DNA of 64,000 bases from an uncultured Gemmatimonadales bacterium (lineage in GTDB: Bacteria > Gemmatimonadota > Gemmatimonadetes > Longimicrobiales > RSA9), in NCBI GenBank assembly GCA_963816355.1, contig CAWFKH010000003.1, forward strand, positions 1,280,001-1,344,000. The letters are read 5' to 3'. Position 1 is the stretch's first letter. Every line of letters begins with the position of its first letter. Position numbers and translations under genes: made by a program. Shown one piece after another: positions 20,557-29,597 of this stretch. The notes beneath the pieces are model-generated. The model saw only the letters and a program-made list of their open reading frames with translations. It was not told the DNA's origin and ran no database searches.

Positions 20557-23500
20557 ATGGACGCACGAGGCGGAAGACGCGGGCTCGTTCTCGCGATGAC
20601 GGCGGCGCTGCTCGCGACGGCCGTCTCGGGGGCGTTGCGGACGGCGTCGGGGCAGACGCTGACGACCGGATCGATCAGCGGGAGGGTGGAGTCCGCCGCG
20701 GGCGAAGCGATCGTGCGCGCGCGGGTGTCGGCGATCTCGCGGGCGACGGGGCTGGAGCGCTCGGTGACGACGACGCGCGCCGGGACGTTCGCGCTTCCGT
20801 ACCTGGAGCCGGGCGAGTACGCGGTCTTCGTCGAGCAGGTGGGATACGCGCCGCGGCGGATCACGGGCGTGCCGGTGCAGGCCGGAAGCCAGACGGGGCT
20901 GAGCGTCCGTCTGCGGGCGGTGAGCGGATCGGTGTCGGCGGTGGACGTGGAAAGCTACGGTGCGGGGGCGCCGTCCGGCTCGCCGTCGGGCGCCGGTCAG
21001 TGGCTGCCGCGCTCGCTGATCTCGGCACTGCCCGCGCGGGAGCGCACGCTCGACCACCTGCTCGACCAGACGACGTTGGGCGATGCGGACGGCGGCGTCG
21101 AAGGCCTGCCGGTCCGCCTCGCGACGATCGCGATGGACGGCGTCCCGTTCGAGCGGGCGCTGCACCCGGATCTGCCCGCGGAGGGATTGGCGCGCACGCC
21201 GTTCGCGCTCCTCGAGCTGGGCGGCGCGGCGCTGGATCCGAACCCGATCGAGGTCGAGGCGGGCCAGCTCTCGGCGGCATGGCTCGGTCTCAGCGCGCTG
21301 ACGGGCGGCAACGACTTCCACTTGGACGGCTTCGGCCGCCTCTCGCCGTCCGCGCTCGCGACGGCGTCGGATTTCACCCCCGGCGACGCCGGCGCGGGCA
21401 CCTCGTACGCCGCTGGCGCGGTGCTCTCCGGCGCGGCGGTGCGCGACAGCGTCCGCCTGGTGGCCGGCTTCGAAGCGCGCCACGTGGAGACGCCGTTCCT
21501 GCGGCAGTGGGCGAACGACGCGACGCTGCCGGACATCGACCTCACGCCGTACCGCACGCCGCGGGCGCTCACGGAGGAGACGGCGCAGGGGTTCGTCGGC
21601 ATGGAGTGGCAGCTCTCGTCGTCCACGCACGCGAGCGTGCGCGGCAGCTTCTCCTCCTTTCCGCAGAGCGACCTGCGCAGGACGCTCGAGCCGACGGTGG
21701 AGCTCGGCGCGAACCTGAACGGGACGGACGCCTCGGCGACGGCGGCGTTCCGGACCGTCTTCGCGGGGAGCTGGGTGAACGAGCTGCGGGCCGGATTCGG
21801 CCTCAGCCGGCGCGAGTACGACGCCGGCGCGGCGAGCGAGCCGCCACTGACGCGCGTGGTCGACAGCGGCCTCGCGTTCGGGGCCGACCCGCGTCTCTCG
21901 GGCGACTTCCGCGAGGATCGCTTCGACGTCTCCGAGGCGGTGACGTACGCGGGCTCGGAGCACTCGGTCAAGGTCGGCCTCGTCGCGTCGACGGCGTCGC
22001 ACGAGCAGACCTACGCCTACGCCGCGGGCGGCGAGTTCCGCTTCGGCGGCGCCCCCGAGCTCGCGCGGCGCGAGGGCGCCTTCTTCGCGGCGGCGGGGGC
22101 GGCCCCGACGGCGAGCTTCAACGTGCCGATGCTGGGAGGATTCCTGCAGGACCGGTGGAGCGGGGTGCCGGGCCTGGAGGTCGTGGGCGGAGTGCGCTTC
22201 GACGTCGAGAAGGTGCCGCAGTCGGACATCGTGGTGGACCCGCGCTGGGCGCAGCTCACCGGGATCCTCAACACGAACGTGCCCTCCTCGGTCAAGAAGC
22301 CGTCGGCGCGCCTCGGCTTCCGCTGGGACGTCGAGCAGCGGCACGAATGGGTTGTGAGCGGCGGCGGCGGCCTCTACTACGACCGCATCGATCCGGGCGT
22401 GCTCGCGGCGGTGATCCGCGACCACGGCACGATCGACGTGCGGCGGGGCGTGGGGCTGCTCGGGACGTGGCCGGCGCAGCCGGACGAGATCGCGGCGCCG
22501 GTCGTTGGGCAGTCGCTCTCGCTGATGAGCGCGGACTTCGAGGCGCCGCGGACGCTGCGCGCCAGCTTCGGAATCGACCGCGCGGTCGGCGCGAGCGCGA
22601 CCCTCCACGTCGCGGCCAGCTATCGACGCACGGAGCACCTGCCGCGGCTGGACGACCTGAACCTGCTGCGCACGCCTTCCGCCCGGGACCAGTTCGGCCG
22701 CCCGATCTTCGGCGAGCTGGTCAAGCAGGGCGGCCTCCTCGTCGCGCGCCCCGGCTCCAGCCGGCGCTTCGACAGCTACGACGTCGTCTCCGCCTACACC
22801 TCCGACGGCACTTCGCGCAACGCGGCCGTGAGCGTCGGGCTCGACGTGCGGCCGAGCAGCCTCGTGCGACTGTACGCGCGCTACACCTACTCGCACGCGA
22901 CCGACGACTGGACCGCCGGCGGGCTCGGCGTCGTCGAGCGGGCGATCGACCCGCTGGCCGAGAGCCCCGATCCGCTCGCGCTCACGACGCCCGGCCTCGG
23001 CGCCGGCGGCTGGAGCGATGGGCGCTCCGACTTCGATGTTCCGAGCCGCCTCTCGCTCGGCGGCAGCGTCGGCGGCACCACCGGCGGCGTCACGCTCCGG
23101 CTGGCGGGCCTCTACACCCGCCGCTCCGGGCTGCCGTTCACCCCGGGCTTCCGTCCCGGCGTCGATGCCAACGCCGACGGCTCCGGCCTCAACGACCCCG
23201 CCTTCGTCGACGGCTCGATCCAGGGCGTCGACGCGCTGCTCTCCCGGTGGGACTGCCTGCGCACGCAGCTCGGGCGCTTCGCCGAGCGCAACGCCTGCCG
23301 CGCGCCGGCGCGCGCCTCCCTCGACCTGCGGCTGAGCGTCGGCCGGGCGTCACCGGGAGCCCTCGACGTCCATGCCTTCGTCGACGCCATCGGCCTCGTC
23401 CATTCCGGAGGCGACGTCCTCGACACCGCGCTCTATCTCGTCGATCCGACCCTGCCGCTCGCACCATCCGGCGGCGTAGTGAACGTGCCCCTCCAGGCGA

Positions 23501-23577
23501 ACCCGAACTTCGGTCAGCCGCTCATCCGGAACCTGCTGCCCCGCGTCTTCCGGATCGGCCTGCAAGTGAGCTACTGA
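20557..23577 (+). CDS. TonB-dependent receptor-like (Oar-type) outer membrane protein with N-terminal carboxypeptidase-regulatory-like domain
   Basis: Signal peptide, TTGSISGRV...GTFALPYLEPGEY, FLQDRW, GVRFD, SARLGFRWD, SGLPFTP, C-terminal NPNFG...PRVFRIGLQVSY. Confidence 0.8.
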   Translation: MDARGGRRGLVLAMTAALLATAVSGALRTASGQTLTTGSISGRVESAAGEAIVRARVSAISRATGLERSVTTTRAGTFALPYLEPGEYAVFVEQVGYAPRRITGVPVQAGSQTGLSVRLRAVSGSVSAVDVESYGAGAPSGSPSGAGQWLPRSLISALPARERTLDHLLDQTTLGDADGGVEGLPVRLATIAMDGVPFERALHPDLPAEGLARTPFALLELGGAALDPNPIEVEAGQLSAAWLGLSALTGGNDFHLDGFGRLSPSALATASDFTPGDAGAGTSYAAGAVLSGAAVRDSVRLVAGFEARHVETPFLRQWANDATLPDIDLTPYRTPRALTEETAQGFVGMEWQLSSSTHASVRGSFSSFPQSDLRRTLEPTVELGANLNGTDASATAAFRTVFAGSWVNELRAGFGLSRREYDAGAASEPPLTRVVDSGLAFGADPRLSGDFREDRFDVSEAVTYAGSEHSVKVGLVASTASHEQTYAYAAGGEFRFGGAPELARREGAFFAAAGAAPTASFNVPMLGGFLQDRWSGVPGLEVVGGVRFDVEKVPQSDIVVDPRWAQLTGILNTNVPSSVKKPSARLGFRWDVEQRHEWVVSGGGGLYYDRIDPGVLAAVIRDHGTIDVRRGVGLLGTWPAQPDEIAAPVVGQSLSLMSADFEAPRTLRASFGIDRAVGASATLHVAASYRRTEHLPRLDDLNLLRTPSARDQFGRPIFGELVKQGGLLVARPGSSRRFDSYDVVSAYTSDGTSRNAAVSVGLDVRPSSLVRLYARYTYSHATDDWTAGGLGVVERAIDPLAESPDPLALTTPGLGAGGWSDGRSDFDVPSRLSLGGSVGGTTGGVTLRLAGLYTRRSGLPFTPGFRPGVDANADGSGLNDPAFVDGSIQGVDALLSRWDCLRTQLGRFAERNACRAPARASLDLRLSVGRASPGALDVHAFVDAIGLVHSGGDVLDTALYLVDPTLPLAPSGGVVNVPLQANPNFGQPLIRNLLPRVFRIGLQVSY

Positions 23578-23578
23578 T

Positions 23579-24577
23579 ATGCGTTCCCGTTCGATCGGCC
23601 TCTCCCTCGGCGCCGCACTCGTCGCCACCGCGCTCGCCCCGGCCTGCGCGGACTCCGGGCACACGCCCGTCGAGGTCAGGACCACCGGCACGGTCGCTGC
23701 GCTCGTCTTCGTCGACCGCGACGGCAACGGCGACCTCAGCAACGGCGACGCGCCGCTGCAGGGCGTCACCGTCCAGCTCCTCCTCCCCGGCCGCACGACT
23801 CCGTCGGCCAGCGGCACCAGCGACGCCCTCGGCATCGTCGTCCTGCGGGACGTGCCGGTCGGACGCTACGACGCCACCGTCGACGCCGCGACCGTCCCCG
23901 ACAGCCTCCGCATCGAGCCCGTCGACTCCGGCACCGTCACCGTCGCCGCAGGCGACACCGCGCGAGCGTTCTTCCGCGCCGACTACCCGACCCTGACGAT
24001 CCACGAGGCACGCGCCGCCGACTCCGGACGCCGCCTCTTCATCGTCGGCAAGATGCTCAACAGCTGGAACACCTTCGGCGACTCGACCATCTCCTTCGCC
24101 GACACCAGCGGCTTCATCCGCGGCATCCGCGTCGAGCAGACCAGCGTCCAGGGCGGCGACAGCGTCCGCGTCCTCGGCCGCGCCAGCACCCGCGACGGCC
24201 AGCCCGTCCTCTTCGACGCGAAGGTCTTCTTCCTGGGACCGGCGCAGGCGCCGCCGCCGATCTCCGTCTCGACCGCCAAGGCCGCCGGCGCCGATGGAGG
24301 CAGCCTCGACGCCGCCCTCGTCTCGATCACAAACGCCACCGTCACGGATACGACGACGCTGCGATCCTTCGATTTTCAGCTCACGATCAGCGACGGCACC
24401 GGCAGCCTCCACCTCGTCCTCGACCACAACGTCCCGTTCAGCCTCGGCGTGGCGCAGAACCAGATCGTCGGCGCCCACATCTCCGCGACCGGCATCCTGG
24501 TACCGGACGAGAACGGCGCCGGCTGGGTGATGAAGCCGCGCACCAACCTGGACCTCGCCGTGAGCGCCGGCACGTAG
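23579..24577 (+). CDS. Lipoprotein with SdrD-B-like N-terminal domain and probable OB-fold domains
   Basis: Lipobox LAPAC; FVDRDGNG...PLQGVTVQL; TIHEAR, ISDGTG, KPR..DL. Confidence 0.65.
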   Translation: MRSRSIGLSLGAALVATALAPACADSGHTPVEVRTTGTVAALVFVDRDGNGDLSNGDAPLQGVTVQLLLPGRTTPSASGTSDALGIVVLRDVPVGRYDATVDAATVPDSLRIEPVDSGTVTVAAGDTARAFFRADYPTLTIHEARAADSGRRLFIVGKMLNSWNTFGDSTISFADTSGFIRGIRVEQTSVQGGDSVRVLGRASTRDGQPVLFDAKVFFLGPAQAPPPISVSTAKAAGADGGSLDAALVSITNATVTDTTTLRSFDFQLTISDGTGSLHLVLDHNVPFSLGVAQNQIVGAHISATGILVPDENGAGWVMKPRTNLDLAVSAGT

Positions 24578-24771
24578 GCAGCGCCCTTCCCTGACCGCGG
24601 CGTGCGGTCTGCGCGCGCAGCGGGGCGGAGCGTGTTGCCCGCGTGCCCGGCCGGTGATGGATGCGCGCAACAAACAGATGGCGCTGCGCCACGCCCCGCG
24701 CCCGGCCCGGATCGGCCGATCGTCCAGGTGGGAGAACGGGTTCACGCTCGGGCGCGATCCTCCTCGCGCGG

Positions 24772-24787
24772 CGGCGCGCGTCATGCA
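24772..24787 (+). promoter_or_regulatory. Possible sigma54 promoter for the membrane protein / PEP-CTERM pair
   Basis: CGGCGCG-CGTC-ATGCA (GG-N10-GC) about 60 nt before ATG 24848. Confidence 0.3.
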
Positions 24788-24847
24788 GGAAGAAACGCGA
24801 GGACGTTTGCATCGACGCGAGAGGCACAAAGGAGCAGCGGCGCAAGC

Positions 24848-25366
24848 ATGGCGGCACGCGAAGCGACGATCCTCGTCGAGGAGCGGAAGGCGAAGGGAAC
24901 GCCACCGCTGCCGCCGTCCACCGTGAGCGCCTGGCGGGCGATCGCATGGTTCGGCCTGCTGCTCGCCGTGATCGGGATGTTCGATGCGGCGCTCCATTGG
25001 TACCCGCTGGCGTTCCGCTCGCCGGAGTGGGAGTTCGGCACGGTCGCGGTGAGCGTGGGCGGGCTGCCGCTGCCGACGATCGGCTTCGCGGCGCTGCTGG
25101 GCTCGTTCCTGGCGCGCGGCGTGCGGTGGGGGGTGCTGGTGATGTCGGTCTGGCTGTTGGTGCTCGGCGTGATCGTGCTGGGGGCTTACGCGCTGTTCCT
25201 GACGGATGTGCCGATGGCGCTGCAGGCGACGAGCGGCGCGGCGGCGCTGAGCCTCAAGAAGGCGATCGCGCGGACGACGGTGATGGGACCGGGATTCGGG
25301 ATTGCTTACATTGCAGCGGCGATTTCGTCGCTGCGCCACCTGTCCAGGAGGGGAGACCATGCGTAA
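24848..25366 (+). CDS. Four-TM membrane protein, HpsJ-like by motif resemblance
   Basis: ATG after AAGGAG; four hydrophobic helices; D...P....PEW......LP.IG pattern. Confidence 0.6.
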   Translation: MAAREATILVEERKAKGTPPLPPSTVSAWRAIAWFGLLLAVIGMFDAALHWYPLAFRSPEWEFGTVAVSVGGLPLPTIGFAALLGSFLARGVRWGVLVMSVWLLVLGVIVLGAYALFLTDVPMALQATSGAAALSLKKAIARTTVMGPGFGIAYIAAAISSLRHLSRRGDHA

Positions 25367-26042
25367 TCGTTTCGTAGCGCTGGCCGCGGTGCTGGCGCTC
25401 GCGGCTCTGGTGCCAAACCGGGCCCGTGCGGACACCTTCGACACGCCGTTCTGTACGGCGAACTCCCTGTCCGTCTGCATGGACTTCAACCTGACGGACA
25501 ACGGCAGCGGCGACTACACGCTGGTGGTGACGTACGTCTCGAGCGCGGATGGCAGCGGCCTGCTGACGGCCGGGGGCATCTACGACACGCTGGCGAGCCC
25601 GACGTTCACGTTCACGGACGTGACGCTCACGCCGCTCACCGGCTGGTCGCTCGGGTGCAACGGCCTGAACGGCGCACCGGCGTCGAGCTTCACCGCGTGC
25701 GCGTCGACAACCAACGGCGTCAACAACGCGCTCGCTGAGGGCGGATCGTTCACGATCACCTTCCATTCGAACCAGAACATCGCCGCGTCGGACTTCGGCC
25801 CGAACGGGGAGCTGGGGTATCGCTCGCACATCCAGTCGCTCGGTGTGAACAACTGCTCGGTCAAGCCGGACAACCGTCTGGCCGGCAACGTGGTGGATGG
25901 CGTTTCGGCGGTGGACGCCCGCTGCGGCACCACGACGACGCCCGAGCCGATCTCGAGCGCGCTGATCGCGACCGGCCTGCTCGGCATGATGGGCGTCGGC
26001 ATTCGCCGTCGCCGTCGCGGCGCCGACGTCGTCAACGACTGA
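25359..26042 (+). CDS. PEP-CTERM sorting-domain protein
   Basis: Signal peptide ending ARA; C-terminal TTTTPEP, TM helix, RRRRR; six Cys; RBS GGAGGGGAG. Confidence 0.88.
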   Translation: MRNRFVALAAVLALAALVPNRARADTFDTPFCTANSLSVCMDFNLTDNGSGDYTLVVTYVSSADGSGLLTAGGIYDTLASPTFTFTDVTLTPLTGWSLGCNGLNGAPASSFTACASTTNGVNNALAEGGSFTITFHSNQNIAASDFGPNGELGYRSHIQSLGVNNCSVKPDNRLAGNVVDGVSAVDARCGTTTTPEPISSALIATGLLGMMGVGIRRRRRGADVVND

Positions 26043-26208
26043 CGGAGGATTCCAGAAGCCTTCGGCCGGGCGCTCGCGCCCGAGGTGGAAGCGAGCGCGC
26101 GGCGTGAAGGTGAGCGGACAGGTGGAGCGGTTCTCCCGGACCGGGCCCGGCAAGCGATCAGCTTGCCGGGCCCGACCAGTTTCCGGGGCGCGGAGGCAGA
26201 CGGGGGCC

Positions 26209-27129
26209 TTATCCCCTGCGACGGAAGCGCATGTGGCCGGCCATCTGTCCCGCGACCATGCTGGCATGGGCGAGGCTGCGGAGCCAGGTCCCCGGCTCGG
26301 CCGTGATCCGGTCCCTGAGCAGTCTCATGACGGCGACGGGCGCCTCCCGCCAGAGCCAGCGCGGCACGCCGGCGAGTCGTACGGATGCGTCAATCTCGAT
26401 CCGGCAGAGCGCGAGACCATACCCGAAGAAGTATTGCGCCACGTGACGGAGCGACTGCCGTTCGGTCGGGATGAGGTGGTCCACGCGGGCGGCCGGAACC
26501 CAGCGCCCGCGGATGGACGAGCCGAGGAGCCGTCGCAGAAGGACCGTCTCCTCGCCGCCGATCTTGAGATGACCGCGGTACCCGAGGTCCGGATCGAAAC
26601 GGACGGGACCGGTTCCGGAGAGGCGGAGCGCGAAGTTGGCGCCGTGCGGCGGATCGATCGCGGGAATGTCGATCGGATCGGGACCGAGGTCGAAGAGCGT
26701 GAACACGCCCGGGATCGCGCGCCATCCGGGCTCGAGCCACGCAGGGGGACTGCCGACGAAGCGGGGAATGATCGGGCCGCCGAACACGGCGGCGTCGGGG
26801 AACTGCCGGAAAGCGTGTTCGTACGCCCGGAGCCATCCCTCGTCGACGACGACGTCGTCGTCGATCCAGACGACACAATCGCCTCTCGCGACGTCGAGAC
26901 CGCAGTTGCGGGCGTGCGAGAGCCCGGGCCTGGGCTCGAAAGCCCTGCGGAGGGGCAGCCGCGTGCCGAATCGGTCGAGGACCTCCGGCGTCGCATCGGT
27001 GCTGTTGTTGTCGACCACCACGACTTCCCAGTCCGCGTGCTCCGGAGCCGTCATGCGGCAGAGGCTCTCGAGAGCCGTGGAGAGCAGCATCGCCCGATTC
27101 CACGTGCAGATCACAACGCTTATCGTCAT
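26209..27129 (-). CDS. GT2 glycosyltransferase
   Basis: ISVVICTWNR, VVVDNNSTD, GLSHARN, WIDDD, GANF, GEET. Confidence 0.9.
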   Translation of the reverse strand: MTISVVICTWNRAMLLSTALESLCRMTAPEHADWEVVVVDNNSTDATPEVLDRFGTRLPLRRAFEPRPGLSHARNCGLDVARGDCVVWIDDDVVVDEGWLRAYEHAFRQFPDAAVFGGPIIPRFVGSPPAWLEPGWRAIPGVFTLFDLGPDPIDIPAIDPPHGANFALRLSGTGPVRFDPDLGYRGHLKIGGEETVLLRRLLGSSIRGRWVPAARVDHLIPTERQSLRHVAQYFFGYGLALCRIEIDASVRLAGVPRWLWREAPVAVMRLLRDRITAEPGTWLRSLAHASMVAGQMAGHMRFRRRG

Positions 27130-27256
27130 CGAAGTCCGACCGTCGTCGATGGCAGCGGCTCGGTGAGCCCGCGGGCGGCAGCGGCCGCGGCGCGCTCCGC
27201 CGATGCAACGAGAGTGCCGAATCGGAGGGCTTCGATCATCGTCCGGGGGCGGCGGC

Positions 27257-28255
27257 GTGCAGCGCAGCGATGATTCGCCGGGGCTGGTCGAATCGCTCCG
27301 CGAGGGCATCGCGCGCGCGCTCCAGAAGGTGCTGCCTCCGGGAGAGCCGTACGCCCTCCTGGACTTCCCGGACCACGGCAACGTGGGGGACAGCGCGATA
27401 TGGGTGGGAGCCCGGAACCTGCTCGCCGACATGGGCGTGCCCGCTCCGGCGTATCGCTGCTCGCTCGACACCTACGACCGCGACCGTCTCGCCCGGCGCC
27501 TGCCCCAGGGCACGATCCTCATTCACGGCGGCGGCAATTTCGGCGACGTGTGGCCGCGACACCAGCGCTTCCGCGAGACGGTCATCGCGGATTTCCCCGG
27601 ACATCGCATCGTCCAGCTTCCGCAGACCGTTCACTTCGCGGATCCCAATGCGCTGCGCCGATCGGCTCGCGTGGTCCAGGCGCATGACGCGTTCGTGCTC
27701 ATGGTACGGGACGAGCGAAGCCGCGAAGTGGCCGAGCGCGGACTCGGCGTGGAAGCCCTGCTCGTCCCTGACACCGCGTTCGGCCTGCGCCCGCTCGGGC
27801 GAACGCGCTCCGAGGTGCCGATCGTCGTCCTCGCGCGGGGCGACAGGGAGGCTCGGCGGACGTCGACTTCCTGGCCCGCCGACGTACACCGGATCGACTG
27901 GGTCGAGGACGATCCGGCGCCCCTGCTCCGCGTCCAGCGCGCCCTCTCGCGGCTCGCGAGCGACCATCCGCGACGCCTCGGGTGGCTGCCGCTGCCGCTG
28001 GACGCGGTGGCGGCGCAGCGACTCGATCGGGGCAGGCGCGCGCTGGGGCGAGGCCGCGTCGTCGTGACGGATCGTCTTCACGGGCACATTCTCTGCCTTC
28101 TGATCGGCATACCGCACGTCCTGCTGGACAACAGCTACGGCAAGAACCGCGGCTTCTACGAGGCGTGGACCCGCGACAGTCCGCTGGTCCGCTGGTCCGA
28201 TTCCATGGAGGCCGCCGTGGCCGAAGCCAGAGAGATGGCCAGGGACCGAGACTGA
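27257..28255 (+). CDS. Polysaccharide pyruvyl transferase
   Basis: DFPDHGNVGDSAIW, HGGGNFGD, QLPQT, RDERS, PDTAF, TDRLHGHI, DNSYGK; start could be 27203. Confidence 0.88.
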   Translation: MQRSDDSPGLVESLREGIARALQKVLPPGEPYALLDFPDHGNVGDSAIWVGARNLLADMGVPAPAYRCSLDTYDRDRLARRLPQGTILIHGGGNFGDVWPRHQRFRETVIADFPGHRIVQLPQTVHFADPNALRRSARVVQAHDAFVLMVRDERSREVAERGLGVEALLVPDTAFGLRPLGRTRSEVPIVVLARGDREARRTSTSWPADVHRIDWVEDDPAPLLRVQRALSRLASDHPRRLGWLPLPLDAVAAQRLDRGRRALGRGRVVVTDRLHGHILCLLIGIPHVLLDNSYGKNRGFYEAWTRDSPLVRWSDSMEAAVAEAREMARDRD

Positions 28256-28283
28256 CACCGACCCGATCCTCCGGTATCCGACG

Positions 28284-29507
28284 ATGGAGATCCTGGGCAC
28301 AGGCATCGAGAGGCCCGCGGCGGGCCGCGTCCGACTGGTGGCGGACGTGCGCTACGACGCCGCCGGCATGGCGGACGAGCGCTACTGGATCGAGGTCCCC
28401 GAGGCGGCGGCGGCGGACGGTCTCTCCGCGGCCTGCCGCGATCCGTGGCTGGCCGCGCTGGCGCCGCTGGCGGTCGAGCTCGGCGAGCCGCTGCGGATGG
28501 GGCCGGTGGACGCGCGGCTGCTGGAAGGCGTGCGCGCCCTCATGCTCGTGTGGTCCGGCTGGTACCCGGGAAAGGCCGCCGTCGAGATCCAGGCCGAGGC
28601 CTCCCCGGCGCCGCCGGGCGCGCAGAGCGGCGAGTCTCGATTGTCCGCGAGCTTCTTCTCCGGCGGCGTCGACTCGTTCTTCACCGTGCTCTCGCGGACG
28701 CGGGGCGATCGTCGCGCGCTCGGCCCGGTCGACGAGTTGATCCTCCTCCACGGCTTCGACATTCCGCTCGCCCGGCCCGCGGAATTCGCGCGCCTGCGCG
28801 CGCGGCTCGAGAACGCGGCGGCGGAGCTCGGGCTGCCGCTTCAGGCGCTCGCGACGAATCTGCGCCAGACGGCGTGGGCGCGCGCGAACTGGGCGGCCAT
28901 GGCCCACGGCCCGGCGCTCGCCGCTATGGCGCACGCCCTGGGTCACCGCTATCGCGAGGTCCTGATCCCGTCGAGCGTGCCCTACCACCGCCCCCACCGC
29001 GCGTGGGGCTCACACCCGCTGACGGACTCCCTCCTCTCCAGCTCCGGTACGCGCATGCTCTCCGATGGAGGGCGTTTCCGCAGAATCGAGAAGACCGCCG
29101 TCGTGGCGCGCTCGGAGATCGCCGCTCGCTCCCTGCACGTGTGCTGGCGAGAGCGCTCGGCGGAAAACTGCGGCCGCTGCCTCAAATGTCTGCGTACGCT
29201 GACGATCCTGGAACTGCTGGGTCTGCGCGATCGAGTCACCGCGTTCCCGCCCGACGCCTTCTCGGCGCACATTCTCGGGCGCATCCACGTGGAAGCCGCG
29301 TCCGAGCGGCGCCAGCTCACGCGCCTCGTCGCGGACGCCGAGCGCGCCGGTCGCCGCGACCTCGCCGGGGCGATGCGACGGAGCCTGCGCCGCTCCAGGT
29401 GGGCCGTCCCGCTCGCCGCCGCGTGCCGGCGTGCGATCCCCGTCCCGGTCCTCGGCGGCGCGGCGTGGAGGATCGAGCGCGCGCTCCTGCAGGACCGCCC
29501 ACGCTAG
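28284..29507 (+). CDS. Uncharacterised PP-loop (QueC-like) ATP pyrophosphatase family protein
   Basis: FFSGGVDS PP-loop and C-x8-C-x2-C-x2-C (VCWRERSAENCGRCLKC). Confidence 0.7.
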   Translation: MEILGTGIERPAAGRVRLVADVRYDAAGMADERYWIEVPEAAAADGLSAACRDPWLAALAPLAVELGEPLRMGPVDARLLEGVRALMLVWSGWYPGKAAVEIQAEASPAPPGAQSGESRLSASFFSGGVDSFFTVLSRTRGDRRALGPVDELILLHGFDIPLARPAEFARLRARLENAAAELGLPLQALATNLRQTAWARANWAAMAHGPALAAMAHALGHRYREVLIPSSVPYHRPHRAWGSHPLTDSLLSSSGTRMLSDGGRFRRIEKTAVVARSEIAARSLHVCWRERSAENCGRCLKCLRTLTILELLGLRDRVTAFPPDAFSAHILGRIHVEAASERRQLTRLVADAERAGRRDLAGAMRRSLRRSRWAVPLAAACRRAIPVPVLGGAAWRIERALLQDRPR

Positions 29508-29597
29508 CCGACTCCCGGCCAGACCGTAGCGGGGTCGCAACGATATCGTCGAGCCGCGTCGACAACTCCTCCGCACCGCGGCCGGCCGCGGCCACCC

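Noticed and set aside
28284..29507. Calling the PP-loop protein queC or an anti-phage QatC
   Set aside because: Much longer than QueC, no queD/E/F or qat neighbours, glycan context
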